Shown in pieces: positions 56,862-64,000 of a DNA stretch of 64,000 nt (within the stretch, counting starts at the first letter, position 1; every line of letters starts with the position of its first letter). The translations under genes were made by a program, and so were the position numbers. The notes below the pieces were generated by a model. The model did no database searches, had not been told where the DNA came from, and worked only from the letters and a program-made list of their open reading frames with translations. This stretch comes from Candidatus Nanoarchaeia archaeon (GTDB taxonomy: Archaea > Nanobdellota > Nanobdellia > SCGC-AAA011-G17 > JAFCDX01). The stretch lies in the NCBI GenBank assembly GCA_028716945.1, contig JAQUOT010000001.1:187927-251926 (forward strand). The letters run 5' to 3'.

Positions 56862-57827
56862 ATGTTAAGGTTAGAAATTCCTAAAGAAGATTTGGTAAAT
56901 CTATATGAAAAAGAGAAACTTACAACTTTTCAAATAGCGGAAAAACTTAATTGTTGTCAAGCAACAATCTGGAAAAGATTAAAAGAATATGATATAAAAA
57001 CAAGAATTTCTGGAATTGAGAGGGTTAAAATAACAAAAGAAAAACTTTTTGATTTATATATAAATAAAAAATATTCTACTTGGAAAATTGAAAAAATAAC
57101 TGAAATCCCAAGGGGAACGATACATAGAAAACTTAAAGAGTTTGGAATTCAATCAAGAGATATTTCCGACTCCCATATTATCTATGAAAAAAGAGATTTT
57201 TCTGGGGATCCTTTAGAAAAAGCTTACCTTATAGGATTTAGAATTGGGGATCTGGGAGTTAGAAAAAGAGGTGCTAAAAGTAAATTAATCTGTGTTGCTA
57301 GTGGAAGCACCATAGAAGAACAGATAATTCTAATAAAAAATTTATTTAAAAATTATGGAAAAGTTTGGATTAAAAAATCAAAAAATAATAAAATAAATGT
57401 ATATGTATACCTTAATTTATCTTTTGGTTTTTTATTAGATAAAAAGATTCCAAAAGAATTAGAAAAAAACAAAAAACTATTTTTTGCATTCCTGGGAGGA
57501 TTTACAGATGCGGAAGGGAGTATGAAATTAAATAAAAATATGGCTTATTATTCTTTAGGAAATTATGATAGTAAATTATTATTTAAGATATATAACTATC
57601 TAAATAAATATGGAATAAAATGTAATAAACCTCATTCAGATAATAGAATTGGAACTTTCAATAGTCAGGGATATAAATACAACTCAAATTATTGGACATT
57701 AAAAATTTGTAGAAAAGAAGAATTATACAAATTACTTAAAGAATTAAAACCTCACATTAAACATAAAAATAAAATAAAAGATTTAAATATAGTAGAAAAT
57801 AACCTAATCGAAAGGATTAAAAGTTAA
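56862..57827 (+). CDS. LAGLIDADG-family endonuclease-like protein with two N-terminal HTH repeats, copy 3
   Basis: Two HTH-like repeats (...TTFQIAEKLNCCQATIWKRLKEY... and ...YSTWKIEKITEIPRGTIHRKLKEFG...), then LAGLIDADG-type motifs LIGFRIGDLGV and LGGFTDAEGS. Confidence 0.5.
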   Translation: MLRLEIPKEDLVNLYEKEKLTTFQIAEKLNCCQATIWKRLKEYDIKTRISGIERVKITKEKLFDLYINKKYSTWKIEKITEIPRGTIHRKLKEFGIQSRDISDSHIIYEKRDFSGDPLEKAYLIGFRIGDLGVRKRGAKSKLICVASGSTIEEQIILIKNLFKNYGKVWIKKSKNNKINVYVYLNLSFGFLLDKKIPKELEKNKKLFFAFLGGFTDAEGSMKLNKNMAYYSLGNYDSKLLFKIYNYLNKYGIKCNKPHSDNRIGTFNSQGYKYNSNYWTLKICRKEELYKLLKELKPHIKHKNKIKDLNIVENNLIERIKS

Positions 57828-57844
57828 AAAGATAATATATTAAC

Positions 57845-59371
57845 ATGAAAAAGTTTTACGTAACAACCCCAATATATTATGTAAATGATATAGCTAGTAT
57901 AGGCCATGCTTACACTACTTTTGCAGCAGATACCTTAGCTAGATGGCATAGATTAAAAGGAGAAGATGTTTTTTTCTTAACAGGTTTAGATGAAAACTCT
58001 CAAAAAACAGTCAAAGCAGCAGAAACTGCAGGTGTTAAAGATTTAAAAGAATATACTAATCAAATGGCTTTGAAATGGACTTCTACTTGGAAAAATCTAA
58101 ACATTTCTAATAATGGATTTATAAGAACTACTGAAGCTAAACATAAAAAATTAGTAAAAGAATTCTTTATGAAAGTGTATGAAAAAGGGGATATTTACAA
58201 AGGGAAATATGAAGGATTATATTGCGAAGGATGTGAATGTTTTTATACTGAATCAGACCTAGTAGAAGGAAAATGTCCTTTTCACAAAACAGAACCAAAG
58301 TTTATATCTGAAGAAAATTATTTTTTTAAATTAACAAAATATGCAGATAAAATATTAACTTACATAGAAAAAAATCCTGATTTTATTTTACCTAATTCCA
58401 GAAAAAATGAAGTTGTAGAATTTATTAAGATGGGATTAAAAGATATTAGTATTTCTAGACCAAATGTTGATTGGGGAATTCCCTTACCAATAGACAAAAA
58501 TCATCATTTCTGGGTATGGTTTGATGCTTTACCAAATTATATCACTGGAGCTCCAAAATATTGGCCTGCAAATTGTCATTTATTAGCAAAAGATATTTTA
58601 AGATTCCATTGCGTTATTTGGCCTGCTATGTTAATGAGTGCAGGTTATGACTTACCAAAACAATTATTTGTACATGGATTTTTAACTATTAATGGACAAA
58701 AGATGTCAAAATCTTTAGGCAATGCTATAGACCCAAATGTTTTAGCTCAAAAATATTCTGTAGATTCATTAAGATATTATTTAATGCGTAGCATTCCATT
58801 TGGAGAAGATGGAGATTTTTCAGAAAAAGCATTAATAACAAGAACAAATACAGAATTAGCAGATTCTCTGGGTAATTTATTAAATAGAGTTGTTTCTATG
58901 TGTGAAAAATATTATGATTCTAAAATACCAAAAGCAAAAGAAGACAAAGAATTAAGTTCAAAATTAGATTTTAAAAAAATTGATTCCTTAATATTAAATT
59001 ATAAGTTACATGAGGCTTTAGCAGAAATATTTTACTTTGTAGATCAATGTAATAAATATGTAAATGAAAAAGAACCTTGGAATTTAGCTAAAAATCAGAA
59101 AGAAGATGAACTTGAAAAGGTTTTATTTAATTTGGCAGAATCATTAAGAATAATTTCTCAATTAATTTATTCTTTTATGCCAGAAACAGCAGAAAAAATA
59201 AATGAACAGCTTGGATTTAAATTAAGAGATAGTTTTGACTTGAAATGGGGTAATGCAAAATCAAAAGGTATAAAAAAAGGAGAAACTTTGTTTAAAAAAA
59301 TTGGCCTAACTGATGGACTTAAAAAATCTTCAAATGATGGTTTAAAAGGGGGACCTAGAAATGGACTTTAA
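57845..59371 (+). CDS. metG: Methionyl-tRNA synthetase, catalytic core only
   Basis: ...PIYYVNDIASIGHAYTT... (HIGH), C-x2-C...C-x2-H knuckle (CEGCEC...CPFH), KMSKSLGN. Confidence 0.85.
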   Translation: MKKFYVTTPIYYVNDIASIGHAYTTFAADTLARWHRLKGEDVFFLTGLDENSQKTVKAAETAGVKDLKEYTNQMALKWTSTWKNLNISNNGFIRTTEAKHKKLVKEFFMKVYEKGDIYKGKYEGLYCEGCECFYTESDLVEGKCPFHKTEPKFISEENYFFKLTKYADKILTYIEKNPDFILPNSRKNEVVEFIKMGLKDISISRPNVDWGIPLPIDKNHHFWVWFDALPNYITGAPKYWPANCHLLAKDILRFHCVIWPAMLMSAGYDLPKQLFVHGFLTINGQKMSKSLGNAIDPNVLAQKYSVDSLRYYLMRSIPFGEDGDFSEKALITRTNTELADSLGNLLNRVVSMCEKYYDSKIPKAKEDKELSSKLDFKKIDSLILNYKLHEALAEIFYFVDQCNKYVNEKEPWNLAKNQKEDELEKVLFNLAESLRIISQLIYSFMPETAEKINEQLGFKLRDSFDLKWGNAKSKGIKKGETLFKKIGLTDGLKKSSNDGLKGGPRNGL

Positions 59372-59528
59372 CATAAAAAATTGTACTTTATGTTATTCAA
59401 TAAAAGGTGAACAAATTCTTTTAGGTATTAAAAAAAAGGGTTTTGGAAAAGGAAATTTAAATGGGTTTGGTGGGCATGTAGAAGATAATGAAACAATTAA
59501 AAATAGCAATATACAAGTAATAATGTGA
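59361..59528 (+). pseudogene. Truncated NUDIX (MutT-like) hydrolase N-terminal remnant
   Basis: 55-aa ORF MDFNIKNCTLCYSIKGEQILLGIKKKGFGKGNLNGFGGHVEDNETIKNSNIQVIM. It contains the start of the Nudix box (G-x5-E...) but stops before the R-E-x-x-E-E helix. It overlaps the metG stop and the next start. Confidence 0.4.
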
Positions 59529-59534
59529 TCTAAA

Positions 59535-59900
59535 ATGGTAGAAGGCATAAAAAAAGCAGAACATTGTGGGGATAAAATAACTATAGATGAATTTGGAAAA
59601 GTAGATCTAAGAATTGCTCAAATTAAAGCAGTAAAAAATCATCCTAATGCAGATAAATTATATATTCTTGATGTAAGTTTAGGCAAAGGAGAACATGATG
59701 TTCAAATTGTAGCAGGAATAAGGCAAGCCTATACTGAAGATGAATTAATTGGAAAGAAAATTATAATGGTTAGAAACTTAGAACCTGCAGTATTAAGAGG
59801 AGTAGAAAGTGAAGGTATGTTATTAGCTGCAGAATTCAAAGGAAAAATAGTTCTTTTAACAGTTGATAAAGATATAGAAACTGGGGCTAAAATAAAATAA
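59535..59900 (+). CDS. Stand-alone tRNA-binding domain protein (Trbp111/CsaA-like; equivalent to a MetRS C-terminal domain)
   Basis: ...KVDLRIAQIKAVKNHPNADKLYILDVSLGKGEHDVQIVAGI...MVRNLEPAVLRGVESEGMLLAAEF... is the OB-fold tRNA-binding domain signature. Confidence 0.7.
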   Translation: MVEGIKKAEHCGDKITIDEFGKVDLRIAQIKAVKNHPNADKLYILDVSLGKGEHDVQIVAGIRQAYTEDELIGKKIIMVRNLEPAVLRGVESEGMLLAAEFKGKIVLLTVDKDIETGAKIK

Positions 59901-59902
59901 TT

Positions 59903-60304
59903 ATGAAAAAAGTTTTAGTTTGGGGAACCTTTGATGGATTACATAAAGGACATTTAGAATTTCTAAAAAATGCGAAGAGTTTAGGAGATAAATTATATAT
60001 TATAATTATCCCAGACAAAGCAGTAAAAGAAAACAAAGGGAAATACCCTATAAAAAATGCAGAAGAAAGAAAAAAAGAATTATTAAAATTAAAATTTGTA
60101 ACTGAAGTTTATAGCGGACTTTATGAGGAGAATTTAAAATACATTTTAAAATTAAAACCAGAGGTAGTTATCTTCGGATATGATCAAAAAACTAAATGGG
60201 AAGAAAATCTAAAGAAAACTCTTTCTTCAAAAGGAATTTTTCCAGAATATATTTATTTAGAAGAATATAATAATGGAATTCATTCTAGTGATTTAAATAA
60301 ATAA
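59903..60304 (+). CDS. ribL: Archaeal FAD synthetase RibL-like nucleotidyltransferase
   Basis: ...VLVWGTFDGLHKGHLEFLKNAKSLGD...IIIPDKAVKENKG... (HxGH nucleotidyltransferase motif and RibL-like spacing). Confidence 0.55.
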   Translation: MKKVLVWGTFDGLHKGHLEFLKNAKSLGDKLYIIIIPDKAVKENKGKYPIKNAEERKKELLKLKFVTEVYSGLYEENLKYILKLKPEVVIFGYDQKTKWEENLKKTLSSKGIFPEYIYLEEYNNGIHSSDLNK

Positions 60305-60323
60305 AAAAAAGAAAAAAATAAAT

Positions 60324-60506
60324 TTATTTACAACATTTTGATGCCCACATTAATTTATGTAGTCCCATCAAAATTATTAAAACAGCAAATAATTGTACTA
60401 TAGTTGGTTGTTTAAGCCAAGCCCAAAGACCAATTGCTATTAAAATTAGTCCACCAACTAAAATCATTGGTTTAGAATGTTTGCACATTCCCATTTCTTT
60501 TGCCAT
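60324..60506 (-). CDS. Mini 2-TM membrane protein (paralogue of 60511..60681)
   Basis: MAKEMGMCKHSKPMILVGGLILIAIGLWAWLKQPTIVQLFAVLIILMGLHKL... Confidence 0.3.
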   Translation of the reverse strand: MAKEMGMCKHSKPMILVGGLILIAIGLWAWLKQPTIVQLFAVLIILMGLHKLMWASKCCK

Positions 60507-60510
60507 TTTC

Positions 60511-60681
60511 TTATTTCATTAACTTATAATTTCTTACAAGTTTACCTATACCTATTACTAAAACTACTAAAGCTACAATCCAACCTTGCAAATTAAGCAA
60601 TGAAGCAGGTATTACACCTAATTGTGCTAGAACTAGCCATAGACCAAGTATAGTTACTAACCAAGCTGTTAGTTTTGCCAT
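60511..60681 (-). CDS. Mini 2-TM membrane protein (not in track; 56 aa)
   Basis: My translation of the minus strand gives MAKLTAWLVTILGLWLVLAQLGVIPASLLNLQGWIVALVVLVIGIGKLVRNYKLMK. It shares the (I/A)(L/I)GLW-x-(V/W)L-x-Q architecture with the neighbouring ORF. Confidence 0.3.
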   Translation of the reverse strand: MAKLTAWLVTILGLWLVLAQLGVIPASLLNLQGWIVALVVLVIGIGKLVRNYKLMK

Positions 60682-60786
60682 TTTTTCCTCCTTTTATTGA
60701 GTTATATGAGAGAAATGACTCCCAACCACCTAAGAATCTAAAGGACTTTAGGTTTATAAAGATTTTTATAAGGTTTTAAAAGTATA

Positions 60787-60882
60787 TGAGCCCGCGGAGA
60801 TTTGAACTCCGGGCCCCCACCAATGATTTGGTTTAAATCCAATTTATCAGAGTGGTGCGCTACCAGGCTGCGCCACGGGCTC
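60787..60882 (-). tRNA. tRNA-Ile (anticodon GAU) with about 22-nt intron at or near the canonical 37/38 position
   Basis: Reverse complement: acceptor GAGCCCG/CGGGCTC, D-arm GCGC-AGCCTGGTA-GCGC, anticodon stem CCACT/GGTGG, loop CTGATAA followed by insert attggatttaaaccaaatcatt, T-arm CGGAG-TTCAAAT-CTCCG, discriminator A. Confidence 0.55.
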
Positions 60883-60961
60883 ATGAGATATATTGTTAAA
60901 AGATAATTTATAAGGTTTTTGAATTGATAAAGTTTAAATAATATTAAATTTTAACTATCCT

Positions 60962-61630
60962 ATGCAGAGGTGGCTACATAAATTAGAACATTGGGTAGAT
61001 AAATTAATACCTATCTCTTTAATTGTTTTAATTGGTTTAATCATAGGAGAATTATTCTATAAAGAACAAATACATCCTTATTTAACTTTTGTAACAATAG
61101 CAGATTGGGGTATAATAGGTTTATTTGTTATAGATTTAACTTTTAAATGGTTCAGAGTAAGAAATATTCCAAAATTCTTAAAAAAATATTGGTTAGATAT
61201 TTTAGCTATATTTCCGTTTTTTTTAGTTTTTAGAGCTTTAGAAGGAGTTGGAGAATTAATTACTGTAGTAAGCGAATACTTTACTCCTACACAAAAAGTA
61301 GTTCATGCTGGAACAGAAATAGGTAAAGAAGTTATAATAATAGAGGAAGGTACTGCTAAAATAATTAAAGAAGCTGAAGCAGCAGGAAAATTATCAAGAA
61401 CAGAAAGATTTGCAAGATTTTTAAGACCTTTAGCAAGGGCTCCAAGATTTTTACATTTAACAGATAAAGATACAAAAAAAGAATTTAAAAAAGAGATTAA
61501 ATTTATAGAAAAAGAAGAAAGAAAAGTAGTTAAAAAAGAAGAATCTTTCTTTGTAAGATTATATAAACATATAGTAAAAGTAATTGTCTTCTTTGAAAAA
61601 CCTTCTCATCATAAAAAGAGAAAGATTTAA
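60962..61630 (+). CDS. Membrane protein, ion-channel-like (hypothetical)
   Basis: About 4 TM segments, ...WLDILAIFPFFLVFR... resembles channel S5/S6-type helices. C-terminal charged domain. Confidence 0.3.
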   Translation: MQRWLHKLEHWVDKLIPISLIVLIGLIIGELFYKEQIHPYLTFVTIADWGIIGLFVIDLTFKWFRVRNIPKFLKKYWLDILAIFPFFLVFRALEGVGELITVVSEYFTPTQKVVHAGTEIGKEVIIIEEGTAKIIKEAEAAGKLSRTERFARFLRPLARAPRFLHLTDKDTKKEFKKEIKFIEKEERKVVKKEESFFVRLYKHIVKVIVFFEKPSHHKKRKI

Positions 61631-61673
61631 AAGAAGCGGCAGTTAACAACCACCGTCAAATTTTAAATAAAAA

Positions 61674-62687
61674 ATGGAAAAAAAAGAAATACTTGCACAT
61701 TTTAGTTATGGAAGTGCTATAAGAAATGCTATAGAAAAAATAACTAATGCTAATCGTGGAGTTTTAGTTGTTTTTGTTAAAGATAAGGGTATTAAAAAAA
61801 TAAGTGTTGGTGGTTTTAAAATAAATGAAGAGTTTTCTGAAGAAAGACTTGCTGAATTAGCAAAATTAGATGGAGCAATATTGGTAGATAATAAACTACA
61901 AAAAATAATTAGTGCTAATGTCTTATTAAATCCGAGTATAAAAATTCCTAGTACAGAAACAGGTACAAGACATCAAGCAGCAGAAAGAACTGCAAGACAA
62001 TTAGATACAATGGTTCTTGCTATTTCTGCAAAAACAGGAACTGCAATGGTATATCATGGAAATGGTAAATTAAAATTAAATAATTTAGGTAAAATATTCA
62101 CAAAGACTGGAGAAGCACTAAGAATTATTGAAAAGCATAGAGAATTATTTAAAGTTTTAATAAAAAAGTTTGATACTTTTGAATTATTAGAAATGGTTAC
62201 ATTAGAAGACCTTGCTTCTATATTTCAAAGAGAAAAAATAATGGATTCTGTTGCAGATATAATCTCTGTTTATTTAAGCGAATTAGGTGATGAAGGAGAA
62301 TTAACAGAATTACAATTAAAAGAAATTATAACTTATGTTCATGCAGAATTAGCTGCAATTATGGCAGATTATCATGATTATTTTAATTTTGATAAGATAA
62401 TTGAAGAATTAAAAGACTTAAAACGTGATGAAATTGTAGTTAAAGAAAACATTTTTAAAATATTCTTAGATAATAGAAAAAAAGAAGATACATTAATACC
62501 GAAAGGTTATAGAATATTAAAGAACATCCCTATTTTAACAGAAGAAAATATAAAGTTATTAATGGAAACTTTCCCAAGTTTAAAAGAATTAATTTCTGCT
62601 CAAGAAGAAGAATTAGCTGCTATCAAATCTATAGGAAATAAAAAGGCTAAAGCTATAAGAGAATATCTATTAAAAGCACAGATTTAA
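61674..62687 (+). CDS. DisA-like diadenylate cyclase (DAC domain, helical linker, C-terminal HhH)
   Basis: ...LDGAILVD..., ...TGTRHQAAERTARQ..., ...AISAKTG... (DAC motifs DGA / GTRH..A / S..TG). C-terminal ...EEELAAIKSIGNKKAKAIREYL is a helix-hairpin-helix. Confidence 0.55.
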   Translation: MEKKEILAHFSYGSAIRNAIEKITNANRGVLVVFVKDKGIKKISVGGFKINEEFSEERLAELAKLDGAILVDNKLQKIISANVLLNPSIKIPSTETGTRHQAAERTARQLDTMVLAISAKTGTAMVYHGNGKLKLNNLGKIFTKTGEALRIIEKHRELFKVLIKKFDTFELLEMVTLEDLASIFQREKIMDSVADIISVYLSELGDEGELTELQLKEIITYVHAELAAIMADYHDYFNFDKIIEELKDLKRDEIVVKENIFKIFLDNRKKEDTLIPKGYRILKNIPILTEENIKLLMETFPSLKELISAQEEELAAIKSIGNKKAKAIREYLLKAQI

Positions 62688-63382
62688 GAATTATTTCTAA
62701 AATAATAATATTTTTTCCAATGTTTGGGGTTATTAGGAGAGATAATTTTCATCCATTTATTTAACATAAATTCTCCTCTAATTGAAACCTTATATAAATC
62801 TAACCAATTATGATTTTTATGTTTATAAGAATAGATTGTAGAACGAATTCCTAATTTGTTTATTAAATTATTTAATTGTAATCCTAAAGGTTTAGAAGTG
62901 GTGCTTATCTCTAAACGAGGATATAATTTTTTATATTTTGGTTGTAAATATAAAGTTCCATCCGTATCAAAGATTCCTTTAACCACATTAATAGTATACT
63001 CCTTTCTATTTAAGAAACAAGAAGGTATACAAATATCAAATTTTTTACCAAGAGGTAATTTAAGAATTTTATTTTTAAATTCGATTAATGAATCATCCCA
63101 AATTTGAAATCCAAATACTTTTGTAGAAGGCATTTCTTTTGGTTTTATTTTTAAATCATAAACTTTTTTATATAAATCTATAATTTTATTATTATAATGT
63201 TCTTTATCATCAAACATATGCCCCCTTAAAGAATAAAGTCCTTTAGACGTATTTCCGTTTTTGTAAAAATTCATACTTCCATCTCCAATATGCAATCCTG
63301 TTTCTTCTGCTAATTCTATTATTGGTTTTTCTGGAAGTATAAGTTTAGTGCTTTGCTTAATGTCAGATAAATCAAACTTCAT
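62684..63382 (-). CDS. LAGLIDADG-family homing-endonuclease-like protein, copy 2
   Basis: MKFDLSDI... (first 8 aa identical to copy 1), motifs LHIGDGSM and KGIFDTDGTL. Confidence 0.55.
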   Translation of the reverse strand: MKFDLSDIKQSTKLILPEKPIIELAEETGLHIGDGSMNFYKNGNTSKGLYSLRGHMFDDKEHYNNKIIDLYKKVYDLKIKPKEMPSTKVFGFQIWDDSLIEFKNKILKLPLGKKFDICIPSCFLNRKEYTINVVKGIFDTDGTLYLQPKYKKLYPRLEISTTSKPLGLQLNNLINKLGIRSTIYSYKHKNHNWLDLYKVSIRGEFMLNKWMKIISPNNPKHWKKYYYFRNNS

Positions 63383-63403
63383 AATTAAGATAAGTAAATT
63401 TCA

Positions 63404-63460
63404 TTTATAAATCTGGCGCGCACATCTTGCAAGTTGCAATTTGTTAGAATATATATTTTA
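63404..63460 (-). promoter_or_regulatory. Conserved upstream element of the LAGLIDADG paralogues, second copy
   Basis: tttataaatctggcgcgcacatcttgcaagttgcaatttgttagaatatatatttt, versus 18049..18115. Confidence 0.4.
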
Positions 63461-63488
63461 GAGAATATATTTTAAATAAAAAGAAAAG

Positions 63489-63618
63489 CGCCTTAGGGAG
63501 GACTCGAACCTCCGACCACCTGATTAACAGTCTCACCTTTCCATATTGGAAAACAGGTGCTCTACCCTTCAGATCTTCTGAACCTAAAAGGCCAGATGGT
63601 TTGCTGAGCTACTAAGGC
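63489..63618 (-). tRNA. tRNA-Asn (anticodon GUU) with two introns (about 36 nt in the D-loop; 22 nt inside the anticodon stem, position 30/31)
   Basis: Reverse complement: acceptor GCCTTAG/CTAAGGC, D-stem GCTC/GAGC. After removing ttttccaatatggaaaggtgag the anticodon arm is CCTGA-CTGTTAA-TCAGG. T-arm GGAGG-TTCGAGT-CCTCC, discriminator G. Confidence 0.5.
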
Positions 63619-63657
63619 ATGATTTAAAAGACTTAGAATTAATTTAAAAAGGTTTCC

Positions 63658-64000
63658 TTAATCAATAAAGTCTTTATTCTTTATCTTTTCAGGCAGATAT
63701 TTATCAGAAATAAAGCTTATAATACCACTTCTTAATTTATAACTATCCGCCCATTTAGCATAAGCATTCCATCCATTAAAACTTTCTAATAGATTATCAT
63801 AAATAATTTCATTGTTTTTGTATTGAGATATTCTAAATAATATTTTTCTTATATTTCTTTTTCTTAATAATTTATGATAATAGAAATTTCTAAAACCTAC
63901 AAAGTCTATGCCTTTTGATAAAGAGATTATTTTTGATTTTTCTGAATGCAACTCTAGTTTTAGCTCTTTATTTAGGAAATTATTTATTTGTTCCTTCCAA
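63658..64000 (-). CDS. Reverse transcriptase, C-terminal part (ORF is open to the window end)
   Basis: ...GIDFVGFRNFYYH... (RT block 7, F-L/V-G-F) and ...ESFNGWNAYAKWADSY... (thumb/X-domain G-W-x-x-Y motif). No in-frame stop up to position 64000. Confidence 0.5.
   Translation of the reverse strand, partial: WKEQINNFLNKELKLELHSEKSKIISLSKGIDFVGFRNFYYHKLLRKRNIRKILFRISQYKNNEIIYDNLLESFNGWNAYAKWADSYKLRSGIISFISDKYLPEKIKNKDFID

Noticed and set aside
1-64000. CRISPR arrays, cas genes and rRNA genes
   Set aside because: I found no short direct-repeat and spacer periodicity and no Cas- or rRNA-like segments anywhere in the window.
1-64000. DGR template-repeat / variable-repeat pair inside the window
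   Set aside because: The only long repeat found by eye is the 220-bp perfectly identical leader cassette with no A-specific mismatches. The RT gene runs off the window end, so a TR would be beyond position 64000.

Overview
This is a 64-kb, very AT-rich (roughly 28-30% GC by eye), gene-dense archaeal chromosomal segment. The gene content points to a small-genome, probably DPANN-type archaeon (surface-attached lifestyle is inferred, not shown). The core is an archaeal/eukaryal-type ribosomal-protein super-operon on the minus strand: uL3-uL4-uL23-uL2-uS19-uL22-uS3-uL29-SUI1-Rnp1-uS17-uL14-uL24-eS4-uL5-uS14-uS8-uL6-eL32-eL19-uL18-uS5-uL30-uL15-SecY-YidC-like-eL34-eL14-PfdA. Other housekeeping genes are aRF1, ValRS, CysRS, class-I LysRS, MetRS, Cbf5, Hjc, a fused primase, eS19/eL39/eL31, RpoL, aMBF1 and ScpB. 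I found five tRNA genes by eye, four of them interrupted by one to three insertions at non-canonical positions. Accessory content: giant Cys-rich surface proteins that share a 100% identical 220-bp promoter-plus-signal-peptide cassette; a tandem operon of five small membrane-anchored 6-Cys paralogues whose domain recurs inside the giant proteins; three free-standing LAGLIDADG-endonuclease-like genes, each within about 1 kb of intron-bearing tRNA genes, two of them sharing a conserved about 65-bp upstream element; a reverse-transcriptase gene cut by the window end; a DisA-like diadenylate cyclase; dockerin-like and lamin-tail-domain surface proteins; and a glycosylation cluster. The aRF1 gene encodes GGF in place of the universally conserved GGQ motif. 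I found no rRNA and no CRISPR array. All calls come from reading the sequence and ORF translations; no database search was run.
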